Positions 46,425 through 55,034 of a stretch of 64,000 bases of DNA are shown here, one piece after another (the stretch's first letter is position 1; each line of letters opens with the position of its first letter). The stretch is taken from contig JACQKD010000001.1 of the NCBI GenBank assembly GCA_016204695.1, positions 4,976-68,975 of the forward strand, read 5' to 3'. The notes under the pieces were generated by a model. The model ran no database searches. It was not told the DNA's origin and was given only the letters and a program-made list of their open reading frames with translations. Made by a program: the position numbers and the translations under genes. This DNA comes from Candidatus Kaiserbacteria bacterium. Lineage in GTDB: Bacteria; Patescibacteriota; Minisyncoccia; Phycocordibacterales; UBA918.

Positions 46425-46482
46425 GGCAAAAGGGTAACTATGTACAAAGATTAGCCTTATGTAACTCAGTACATAGTTCCCC

Positions 46483-48441
46483 TTACACCAACACAAAATC
46501 GAGTTGGCGGTCGTGGAGGTTGGCGGAGGCGAGACGGATGCGGATGGGGTCGCCGAGCTGGTATTTTTTGCCGCTTCGGTCGCCTTTGACCTGATAGTTT
46601 TTCGGGTCGTGCGTGAACGTGTCGCCTTTTATACTGATGAGCTTGACCATGCCTTCGGCCTTACTTTCTTTTTCTTCCACATACATGCCGTACTCGGAAA
46701 CGCCGGTGATGACGCCGTCGAATTCTCGGCCGACTTTGTCAGCCATGTACTCGACTTGTTTGAACTTGATGGATTCGCGCTCGGCGCTCACGGCCTTCAT
46801 CTCTTGTTCGGAAGACTGGATTGCGAGATGCTCGTAATGCGCCCGCTCGTCGCTTGCGATCGGCTGGCCGTCGAGATGCATGCGCAGGAGGCGATGTACC
46901 ATGAGGTCGGGATAGCGGCGGATGGGCGAAGTGAAGTGCGTATAAAACTTGAATGCGAGGCCGAAGTGCCCGATGTTTTTGGTCGTATAGACGGCCTTTG
47001 CCATCGAGCGGATGGTCGCGGTCTTGATGAGATTTTCCTCGGGCTTACCCTCGACTTCTTTGAGCAACTTGTTGATGTCGGTCGCTTCAACGATGCCGCC
47101 CTCCGAACGGAACTCATAGCCGAGCGCATGAAGGAAGATGGCGAGGTCCTCGATTTTCTCCGGTTTCGGCGCGTCGTGGACGCGGTAGACGAAGGCCGCG
47201 TCGCGGTTGCCGTTTTTGCGGAGATTGTAGATATGCTCGGCGACCTTCCTGTTCGCAAGCAACATGAAGTCTTCAATCATGAGCATGGTCTCGATGCGCT
47301 CTTTGACATATACGGCAATCGGCTTTTTGTTCTCGTCGAGCTCGAATTTGACTTCGGGCTGTTCGAAGGCGATGGCGCCGTCGATGTATCGGATTTTTCG
47401 CAGGATGCGTGAGACTTCCATGAGCGTCTTGAGCTCTGCGGCGAGCGGCCCGTTTCCGGTCTCGAATACTTCTTGTGCTTCCTGATAGGTGAAGCGCTTG
47501 TCGGAGTGGATGACGGTCTGTCCGTACCATTCGCTCACGACTGCACCTTGCGGGGTCATTTCAAACACGGCGGAGAAGGCGAGTCGGTCTTCATCGGGAC
47601 GAAGGGAGCAGAGGTCGTTTGAGAGCACTTCGGGAAGCATGGGAATGACGCGGTCGACGAGGTAAATGGATGTGCCGCGCTCCTGCGCCTGTGCGTCGAT
47701 GGGGTCGCCCTCGCGGACATAGTAGGAGACGTCGGCGATATGAATGCCGATTTCGTAGTTGCCGTTCGGCAATGCGCGAAACGAGAGTGCGTCGTCAAAG
47801 TCTTTGGCATCGGCGGGGTCGATGGTGCAGGTCGGCACACCGCGGAAGTCTTTTCGCTTGGGGTCGGCGAGCGCCTCGGCAAAAATCTTCGCCTGATTCT
47901 CGTGAAGCGCTTTCGCCGCTTGGTCGACTTCGGGAGGAAAGCCGGTCGCGAATCCGCCACTGCGGATGATGGCGCGCATTTCGGTCTCGTGCTCGCCCGC
48001 CTTGCCGAGCACTTCGATGATGTCGGCGGCGGGAGAGGCGGCGGGGTCGGTCCATCCTGCGTCGTCGAGTGCGGCCGCGACTTTCATTCCGAGATGTTCC
48101 GGTCCGGCGTTTGTGAGCAGGAACTGCCAGTGGAGGTGGCGGTTGTCCGGGCGGAGGCGATAGGTGACGCCCCGCATCTCAACTTCGCCGATGTATTCGC
48201 TCCGCGCCCGCTCGACGACGCGCACGACGCGGCCCGTTTGCCTTTCGCCCTTGTCTGTCTTCGTGAGACCCGGATCAAGCGTGATCTCGACTACGTCGCC
48301 GTCGAGCGCAAGCCCCACCGCTTCGGGAGGAATCATGACGTCCTCTTCGCGGTCGGGGATCTTCACAAAACCCGTGCCTTTGCTTCCGCGTATCGCGATC
48401 ACCCCTCTGTGCGCGTCCGGCGCGCCGATATTTTCATCCAT
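46483..48441 (-). CDS. rnr: Ribonuclease R (RNB-family 3'-5' exoribonuclease). The start may be 48489.
   Basis: N-terminal cold-shock-like OB folds. RNB motifs (CTIDPADAKDFDDALS, ...IGIHIADVSYYV..., TSIYLVDRVIPMLPE). C-terminal S1 domain. Confidence 0.9.
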   Translation of the reverse strand: MDENIGAPDAHRGVIAIRGSKGTGFVKIPDREEDVMIPPEAVGLALDGDVVEITLDPGLTKTDKGERQTGRVVRVVERARSEYIGEVEMRGVTYRLRPDNRHLHWQFLLTNAGPEHLGMKVAAALDDAGWTDPAASPAADIIEVLGKAGEHETEMRAIIRSGGFATGFPPEVDQAAKALHENQAKIFAEALADPKRKDFRGVPTCTIDPADAKDFDDALSFRALPNGNYEIGIHIADVSYYVREGDPIDAQAQERGTSIYLVDRVIPMLPEVLSNDLCSLRPDEDRLAFSAVFEMTPQGAVVSEWYGQTVIHSDKRFTYQEAQEVFETGNGPLAAELKTLMEVSRILRKIRYIDGAIAFEQPEVKFELDENKKPIAVYVKERIETMLMIEDFMLLANRKVAEHIYNLRKNGNRDAAFVYRVHDAPKPEKIEDLAIFLHALGYEFRSEGGIVEATDINKLLKEVEGKPEENLIKTATIRSMAKAVYTTKNIGHFGLAFKFYTHFTSPIRRYPDLMVHRLLRMHLDGQPIASDERAHYEHLAIQSSEQEMKAVSAERESIKFKQVEYMADKVGREFDGVITGVSEYGMYVEEKESKAEGMVKLISIKGDTFTHDPKNYQVKGDRSGKKYQLGDPIRIRLASANLHDRQLDFVLV

Positions 48442-48520
48442 AGCGTTAAATATGCTCCGAGTATAAATGAAAACGGGATTATTGACCATGGCGTTATTTT
48501 CTGGTACTGTCGAAGCCATT

Positions 48521-48982
48521 ATGTTGAAGATGCGATTACAGCGAGTCGGCCGCAAGCATAGCCCCGCCTACCGGGTGCTTATCGTCGATTCCCGTCAGGG
48601 CCCGAAGAGCGGCAAGTATATTGACCAAGTCGGCTCGTATGAACCGAAAGAGGGTCGGATCACGATCGACGGTGAGAAGGCGAAGGAGTGGATTGCCAAG
48701 GGTGTGCAGGTTTCCGGCACCGTCCATAACATGCTCATAGACCGGAAGATTATCGAAGGAAAGAAGATCAACGTACTTCCGAGAAAGTCGCCGATCAAGA
48801 AAGAGGATGGGGGTGCGCCGGTAGCGGAAGCTCCCGCCGTGCAAGCGCCGGACGCAACGTCCGCCGAAGCGCCTGAAACTTCTCCCGGAGAAGTTTCCGT
48901 TGAAGAAACTCCATCCGAATCCGCCAGCCGGCGGACTGCCGAAGAAACACCCGTAGAGCCGGTTGGTTCCGAGCCGTCATAA
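48521..48982 (+). CDS. rpsP: 30S ribosomal protein S16 with a C-terminal Pro/Ala/Glu-rich extension.
   Basis: MLKMRLQRVGRKHSPAYRVLIVDSRQGPKSGKYIDQVGSYEP is the S16 signature. Confidence 0.9.
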   Translation: MLKMRLQRVGRKHSPAYRVLIVDSRQGPKSGKYIDQVGSYEPKEGRITIDGEKAKEWIAKGVQVSGTVHNMLIDRKIIEGKKINVLPRKSPIKKEDGGAPVAEAPAVQAPDATSAEAPETSPGEVSVEETPSESASRRTAEETPVEPVGSEPS

Positions 48983-49108
48983 CGGCAATGTTCGCGCGTT
49001 TGTATTTGTGCGCTTTGGCATGTTGACGCACATGTCACCCTTTCGTATCATTAGTCTCGAACGAACGTTGCAATGTGCCGCTTAACAGAGTAGCTAGCAT
49101 AGAGATGT

Positions 49109-49453
49109 ATGGAACTTGATCGTCAATTTCTGGAATATGTGGTAAAGGCGCTTGTGGATCATCCCGATGACGTGAGGATTAACCGGACCGTAGATGAGAT
49201 GGGAGTACTGCTCACCATGGACGTGCATCCCGAAGATATGGGGAAGATTATCGGACGCTCGGGCAACACCGCAAAGGCGATCCGCACCCTCCTGCGCGTA
49301 GTCGGCATGAAGAACGATGCGCGGGTCAACCTCAAAATCAACGAGCCGGAAGGCGGCATGGGGGGCGGCCGCAACGGTGGCATGGGGAACGGAAACGGCT
49401 CCTCTTCCGCTCCGAAAACTCTCGACGAAGCCATCGACGATTTGAAGATGTAA
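49109..49453 (+). CDS. khpA: KH-domain RNA-binding protein (YlqC/KhpA, UPF0109 family).
   Basis: LVDHPDDVRINRTVDEMGVLLTMDVHPEDMGKIIGRSGNTAKAIRTLLRVVG is the KH GxxG core (GRSG). Its position after rpsP is canonical. Confidence 0.75.
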   Translation: MELDRQFLEYVVKALVDHPDDVRINRTVDEMGVLLTMDVHPEDMGKIIGRSGNTAKAIRTLLRVVGMKNDARVNLKINEPEGGMGGGRNGGMGNGNGSSSAPKTLDEAIDDLKM

Positions 49454-49454
49454 T

Positions 49455-49493
49455 TTTTTAAAAAACAAAAACCGCCGAGCCGCAAAGCGGCTT
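49455..49493 (+). terminator. Intrinsic terminator after the KH-protein gene.
   Basis: aaaaaccgccgagccgc aaa gcggcttggtggttttt tgtttg. Confidence 0.65.
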
Positions 49494-49540
49494 GGTGGTT
49501 TTTGTTTGACTTTGTCACGTTCCTCTCCAATAATTCCACT

Positions 49541-49969
49541 ATGACAAAAGGAATCGACTATACGGGGATTGCCGTCGTGTACATCTGTCACGACGGGAAG
49601 GGAAACATCCTCATGCACAAGCGGACGGAACGGTGCCGCGACGAGCATGGGTGTTGGGATTGCGGCGGAGGCGGTGTAAAGCTCGGCGAAAAAATCGAAG
49701 ACGCGTTGGTGCGGGAAGTGAAAGAAGAATATTTGGTGGAACCGCTTGAGTATGCATTGCTCGGGCATCGGGAGCTGTTTCGTGAACATGCGGGCCAGCC
49801 CACGCACTGGATCGCATTTGACTTCAAGGTACTCGTCGATCCGGAACGTGTGGGTATCGGCGAGCCGGACAAGGCGAGCGATATCGGCTGGTTTCCCTTC
49901 CGCAATTTACCCGATCCCTTGCACTCGGCCATACCGGATACGTTTGCCGATTATGATCATCATTTCTGA
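49541..49969 (+). CDS. NUDIX hydrolase (paralog 1).
   Basis: Nudix box GGGGVKLGEKIEDALVREVKEEYLVE. AATAAT -10 lies 6 nt before the ATG. Confidence 0.8.
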   Translation: MTKGIDYTGIAVVYICHDGKGNILMHKRTERCRDEHGCWDCGGGGVKLGEKIEDALVREVKEEYLVEPLEYALLGHRELFREHAGQPTHWIAFDFKVLVDPERVGIGEPDKASDIGWFPFRNLPDPLHSAIPDTFADYDHHF

Positions 49970-49985
49970 CAGCGTTTCATCTTGT

Positions 49986-50420
49986 ATGAATCATCTTGAG
50001 AAAGTGAAAGAGCTCGAATTGCCGTACGACCAGTTTGTGCTCGTCGGCGGCTCCATTCTCGACATTCACGGCATTCGAAAGAGTGATGATATGGACGTTG
50101 TGGTCAGCTCACAAGCATTTCAGACACTGAAAGGTCGGGGTTGGCCAGTTGACCCAGTTTTTAAAGAGAAATGGGGGCGGGAGCGGCTCGTGCAGGATGT
50201 GTTCGAAATATACACTGATCTCTATTTTCAAAAAATAGACTACTACCTTCCGTTTGAGGTCTTAAAGGAAATGTCCAAGCAGATGAAGGGCGTATACATT
50301 CAGTCACTCGGTGCGTTACTCTTAATAAAGTTCGATATTGGGCGCGAAAAGGATATGATAGATATCAAATTGATCGAGGAGTATCTGTTGGGGCAACGAA
50401 GGGCGGGTATGCAGAATTGA
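49986..50420 (+). CDS. Nucleotidyltransferase-fold protein (minimal NTase, Lnu/ANT-like GS...DxD motif).
   Basis: FVLVGGSILDIHGIRKSDDMDVVV has G-S followed by D-x-D at the typical pol-beta-superfamily spacing. 144 aa. Confidence 0.45.
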   Translation: MNHLEKVKELELPYDQFVLVGGSILDIHGIRKSDDMDVVVSSQAFQTLKGRGWPVDPVFKEKWGRERLVQDVFEIYTDLYFQKIDYYLPFEVLKEMSKQMKGVYIQSLGALLLIKFDIGREKDMIDIKLIEEYLLGQRRAGMQN

Positions 50421-50440
50421 GAATCCATGGTCGCATCGCT

Positions 50441-50866
50441 ATGAAAACAGGCATTGATTGTATCGGAGTGGTCGTCATCCACTACTGTAATGACGGGCGG
50501 GGGAATTTTGCTATGCTGAAACGCTCGTCAAAAAGCCGCGACGCCCACGGGTATTGGGATTTCGGAGGAGGTACTGTCGAGTTTGGCGAGCGGTTGGAGG
50601 ATGCGTTGGTGCGCGAAATGAAAGAAGAACTCGGAACGGAGCCCATTTCTTACGAGCAGATCGGCACCAAAGACATTATTGACGTCGATAACAAAAAGCA
50701 TTGGATAGGGGTATTTTATACGGCTCGCGTCAACAGGGAAAAAGTGTTCAATGCCGAGCCGGATTCTCACGATGAGTTGGGGTGGTTCACGCTTGATAAT
50801 CTGCCGAGTCCGACACGTCCCATTATGGCCGAACAACTGAAGGATTTTAGGAAATATTTAACATAA
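50441..50866 (+). CDS. NUDIX hydrolase (paralog 2).
   Basis: Nudix box GGGTVEFGERLEDALVREMKEELGTE. About 45% identical to paralog 1 (MTKGIDYTGIAVVYICHDGKGN versus MKTGIDCIGVVVIHYCNDGRGN). Confidence 0.8.
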   Translation: MKTGIDCIGVVVIHYCNDGRGNFAMLKRSSKSRDAHGYWDFGGGTVEFGERLEDALVREMKEELGTEPISYEQIGTKDIIDVDNKKHWIGVFYTARVNREKVFNAEPDSHDELGWFTLDNLPSPTRPIMAEQLKDFRKYLT

Positions 50867-50868
50867 TC

Positions 50869-51546
50869 ATGCATTTTCATGTGGTGACATTGTTTCCGGA
50901 GGTGTGCAAAGCGTATACGGACGCGTCTATTTTGGGCCGCGCGCAGAAGGGCAAGGGCAAAGCAAAAAAGATAACCGTCTCGTATTACAACCCCCGCGAC
51001 TATACGAAAGATAAACATCGCAAAGTGGACGACCGGCCGTACGGCGGAGGTCCGGGCATGGTGATGTATGCCGAGCCGATTTTGAAAGCGGTGGAAAAAG
51101 CTGTCGGCAAAAATAAGAGCACAAGGAAACCGAAGGTTCTCATCATGTCCCCGCGAGGAACATTGTTTGACCAACATTACGCGAAGAAACTTGCAAAATC
51201 ATACAAAGACGTCGTGCTCATCGCCGGGCATTACGAAGGTATCGACGCACGGGTGAAAAAGATACTGAAAGCGGAGGAGGTCTCGGTCGGTCCATATGTG
51301 CTCACCGGCGGCGAGCTTCCGGCGCTCTCAATCATTGACGCGGTCGCGCGCAATATTGCCGGCGTACTCGGCAAGGGTGAATCTCTCGAAGACACCCGAG
51401 CCGCAAGTGGCGAGATGTACACCCGCCCGGAAATGCTCACCTACAAAGGCAAAAAATACCGTATCCCAAAAATCCTCCTTACCGGCCACCACAAAAACAT
51501 CGAGCAATGGCGGCAAAAACGGTCGTTGTCCCAGGACGGCGGTTGA
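50869..51546 (+). CDS. trmD: tRNA (guanine37-N1)-methyltransferase.
   Basis: MHFHVVTLFPE, DDRPYGGGPGMVM, LIAGHYEGIDAR, VLTGGELPA are TrmD SPOUT motifs. Confidence 0.9.
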   Translation: MHFHVVTLFPEVCKAYTDASILGRAQKGKGKAKKITVSYYNPRDYTKDKHRKVDDRPYGGGPGMVMYAEPILKAVEKAVGKNKSTRKPKVLIMSPRGTLFDQHYAKKLAKSYKDVVLIAGHYEGIDARVKKILKAEEVSVGPYVLTGGELPALSIIDAVARNIAGVLGKGESLEDTRAASGEMYTRPEMLTYKGKKYRIPKILLTGHHKNIEQWRQKRSLSQDGG

Positions 51547-51786
51547 CGAGGTTTGGATGGTCTGGTACACTCTGGGTATTGATTGAGTTTCGGCTGGGAG
51601 GGGTCCGGGGCGGCGAATGGGTGTTTTTATACGGGGTAAGACAATTTGAGGTGCTGTCACTAAACACTCGGTAAGGAGAGGTCCGGGTCAACGCATATTT
51701 GTGCGGCTTTTTTCGTGTATCGCAAATGTTGATAAGTTTTGTTGCATTTATCAGTTGGGGTGATCTAGCTCACAGAGCTCAAAACT

Positions 51787-54700
51787 ATGGCTGTAAAAAC
51801 TTCGCATATCGTCAAGCAAGCGGCTCTGCCGAAAAAATATTTCAAACGGTATCGCGCTCCGCGGGTTGCGCTTCCCGACCTCATCGAGCCGCAGAGGGAA
51901 TCTTTCAAGTGGCTCGCTGAAGTGGGACTCAAAGAAGTCTTCAAAGAATTCTCTCCGATCAGCGACTACTCCGGCAAGAAATTCGAGCTCCATTTCAAGA
52001 AATACACAATCGGCACGCCGAAGTGCACGCCCGAATATGCGAAAGAAAATAAGCTTACTTACGATGCGCCCCTGCGCGCCACGGTGACGCTCACGAACAA
52101 GACGTTCGGCGGCGAGAAAGAGCAGGAGATCTTTCTTGCGGACATTCCGCTGATGACCGAGCATGGCACGTTCATCATCAACGGCGTCGAGCGCGTCATC
52201 GTGCCGCAACTCGCGCGCTCCTACGGCATCTTTTTTACCGCCGCGGAAACGAAAGGCAAGACCTACTTCGGCGCGAAGGTCATCCCTCTGCGCGGCGCGT
52301 GGATTGAGATTGAATCGGAGGCCGATGATGTGATCTATGTGAAAATCGATCGCAAGCGGAAGTTTCCGGTCACGTCGCTCTTGCGGGTGCTCGGTGCCGA
52401 AACCGACGCACAGATACTCGCCCTGTTTAAGGACGTCCCGCACGGGAAGGAATATCTGACCGAAACGCTTAAGAAAGATCCCGCGAAAACGACCGACGAC
52501 GCCTATGTCGAGATATACAAGCGCCTGCGTGACGGGGATCTTGCGACGGTGGAGAATGCGCGCGAGTTTGTGAAATCTATTTTCAGTGAGGAACGGTACG
52601 ATCTCTCCGAAATCGGCCGATACCATTTTAATCACCGTTTCGGTCTGCCGATCACGCCGAAGGATGCGTCGCATCGAGGCGTGTATCTCGATGACTTTGT
52701 CGTGATTCTCAAGCACGTCATCGAGCAGAATCAGGTGCCGGAAGCGCAGCCGGACGACATCGACCATCTCGGTTTTCGTCGCGTGCGGTACTTCGGCGAG
52801 ATGATCGTTCAGCGCGTGCGAGTCGGCATGACGCGCATGAAGCGCAACATCCAGGACCGCATGTCGACGATCGAGTCGGAGACATCTCTGCCGATTCAGC
52901 TTATCAACCCGCGACCGTTGCAGGCCGCGATCAAAGAGTTTTATACGACAAACCAGCTCGCGCAGTTTATGCAACAACAGAACGTGCTTGCGGAGCTTGA
53001 GGGACTGCGCACGCTCTCGGCGCTCGGTCCCGGAGGTCTCACGCGCGAGCGTGCGGGCTTCGACGTGCGCGATGTGCATCCGAGCCATTACGGCCGCCTC
53101 TGTCCGATCCATACGCCGGAAGGTCCGAATATCGGCCTTATTGTACGCCTCTCGATGTACGCGCGCGTCAACCGCTTCGGCATCATCGAGACGCCGTACG
53201 CAAAGGTGGGGAAGGGAGTGGTGACCGACGAGATTGTCTTTCTCAATGCGCATGAAGAAGAACAGCACACGATCGCACATGCGGCTACCGAGCTTGACGA
53301 GAACAGCAAGATTATTGCGAGCGTCGTAGAAGTTCGCCGCAACGGCGAGCCCTATGTCGCGCCGCGCGACGAAGTGGACTTCATGGATATCGCGACCAAT
53401 CAGGCGTTCTCGGTCGCGACCTCGATGATTCCGTTTCTCAACCATGACGACGCCAATCGCGCGCTCATGGGCTCGAACATGCAGAAGCAGGCGGTACCCT
53501 GCCTCGTGCAGGAGGTGCCGATCGTCGCAACCGGCATCGAGGAACTTGCGGCGCGCGATACCGGACGCATCATCGCCGCGCACGAGGCGGGGGAGGTCAC
53601 CGCAGTCGACGCCAAGCATATCGTGGTGAAAAACAAAGCGGGCAAAAGCGAGACCTACCCGCTCACCGTTTTCCAACGCACCAACGACTTTTCCGCTTTC
53701 TACCATCGCCCGACGGTGTCTCTCGGACAGACTGTAAAGCGGGGTGATATTCTCGCAGACACCTCTTCGACCGAGCATGGCCAAATCGCGCTCGGCCAGA
53801 ACGCGCTGGTCGCCTTCATGAGCTGGAGCGGCGCCAACTACGAGGACGCGATCATCATTTCCGAACGGCTCGTCAAAGACAGCAAATTCTCTTCCATTCA
53901 TATGGACGAGCTTGAAGTGTCGGTTCGCGATACCAAGCTCGGACCCGAAGTGACGACCTCCGACATTCCCAATGTCAGCGACCAAAAACTGCGCAATCTC
54001 GACGAAAACGGCATCATCCGCGTCGGCGCGGAGGTGCGTCCGGGTGACATTCTTGTCGGCAAAGTGACACCGAAAGGCGAGACTCAACTCACTCCCGAAG
54101 AGCGTCTCTTGCGCTCGATCTTCGGCGAGAAAGCGAAGGACGTAAAGGACACTTCCTTGCGGCTTGAAGCGGGCAAGCGCGGGCGTATCGTGGGCGTAAA
54201 GGTATTCAGCCGCGAGCAGGGCGATCAGCTTGAGAGCGGTGTCATCAAACGCATTCACATCACGATCGCACAGGTGCGCAATGTCTCCGTCGGCGACAAG
54301 CTTGCCGGCCGTCACGGCAACAAAGGCGTGATTTCGCGCATTCTTCCGGAGGAAGACATGCCGTATACGGAAGACGGCCGTCCGATTGATGTTATTCTCA
54401 CGCCGCTCGGCGTGCCGAGCCGTATGAACCTCGGACAAATTCTCGAGTTACATCTCGGTATGGCCGCGCATACACTCGGCTATCAGGCGATCGTGCCGCC
54501 GTTTGCGGGCGCAACCGAAGAAGAGATCAAGGAAGAACTCGTCAAGGCCGGCTTGCCGGAAGACGGCAAGCTCTGGCTTCGCGACGGTCGCACGGGCGAG
54601 ACATTTGCGCAGAAGATTGCCGTGGGCTACATGTATATTCTGAAACTCCACCACATGGTCGAAGACAAGATCCACATGCGTTCGATCGGTCCGTACTCGC

Positions 54701-55011
54701 TCATCACCCAACAGCCGCTCGGCGGCAAGGCGCAGATCGGCGGCCAGCGCTTCGGTGAAATGGAGGTGTGGGCTCTGCTCGGCTACGGCGCGGCCTACAC
54801 GCTTCGGGAGATGCTCACGATCAAATCCGACGATATCGTCGGCCGCTCGGCGGCGTTTGACGCCATCGTGCGCGGCGAACGCATCAGTCATCCGCATACC
54901 CCGGCGTCGTTTAACGTCATGATCAACCAGCTTCGCGGTCTTTCGCTTGATGTCGAACTTGCGCGGGATGACGACCGACAACGTGTCGAACCGAGTGATC
55001 GGGACAAGTAA
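51787..55011 (+). CDS. rpoB: DNA-directed RNA polymerase subunit beta.
   Basis: Full-length rpoB signatures, including the GDKLAGRHGNKGVISRI and ...NLGQILELHLG... motifs. 1074 aa. Confidence 0.97.
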   Translation: MAVKTSHIVKQAALPKKYFKRYRAPRVALPDLIEPQRESFKWLAEVGLKEVFKEFSPISDYSGKKFELHFKKYTIGTPKCTPEYAKENKLTYDAPLRATVTLTNKTFGGEKEQEIFLADIPLMTEHGTFIINGVERVIVPQLARSYGIFFTAAETKGKTYFGAKVIPLRGAWIEIESEADDVIYVKIDRKRKFPVTSLLRVLGAETDAQILALFKDVPHGKEYLTETLKKDPAKTTDDAYVEIYKRLRDGDLATVENAREFVKSIFSEERYDLSEIGRYHFNHRFGLPITPKDASHRGVYLDDFVVILKHVIEQNQVPEAQPDDIDHLGFRRVRYFGEMIVQRVRVGMTRMKRNIQDRMSTIESETSLPIQLINPRPLQAAIKEFYTTNQLAQFMQQQNVLAELEGLRTLSALGPGGLTRERAGFDVRDVHPSHYGRLCPIHTPEGPNIGLIVRLSMYARVNRFGIIETPYAKVGKGVVTDEIVFLNAHEEEQHTIAHAATELDENSKIIASVVEVRRNGEPYVAPRDEVDFMDIATNQAFSVATSMIPFLNHDDANRALMGSNMQKQAVPCLVQEVPIVATGIEELAARDTGRIIAAHEAGEVTAVDAKHIVVKNKAGKSETYPLTVFQRTNDFSAFYHRPTVSLGQTVKRGDILADTSSTEHGQIALGQNALVAFMSWSGANYEDAIIISERLVKDSKFSSIHMDELEVSVRDTKLGPEVTTSDIPNVSDQKLRNLDENGIIRVGAEVRPGDILVGKVTPKGETQLTPEERLLRSIFGEKAKDVKDTSLRLEAGKRGRIVGVKVFSREQGDQLESGVIKRIHITIAQVRNVSVGDKLAGRHGNKGVISRILPEEDMPYTEDGRPIDVILTPLGVPSRMNLGQILELHLGMAAHTLGYQAIVPPFAGATEEEIKEELVKAGLPEDGKLWLRDGRTGETFAQKIAVGYMYILKLHHMVEDKIHMRSIGPYSLITQQPLGGKAQIGGQRFGEMEVWALLGYGAAYTLREMLTIKSDDIVGRSAAFDAIVRGERISHPHTPASFNVMINQLRGLSLDVELARDDDRQRVEPSDRDK

Positions 55012-55034
55012 TTACTCATTTTTTGATATAGCTT

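Noticed and set aside
51547-51786. 240-nt structured intergenic region upstream of rpoB, considered as SRP RNA / 6S-like ncRNA
   Set aside because: Contains GTGCTGT and AGGTCCGG segments reminiscent of SRP RNA. It lacks the GGAAGCAGC helix-8 core and no tRNA-like motifs were found. More likely an rpoB leader. Left unresolved without a covariance-model scan.
51751-54438. 895-aa minus-strand ORF
   Set aside because: Antisense to rpoB. A long open frame produced by GC-rich codon bias. Arg-rich nonsense composition.
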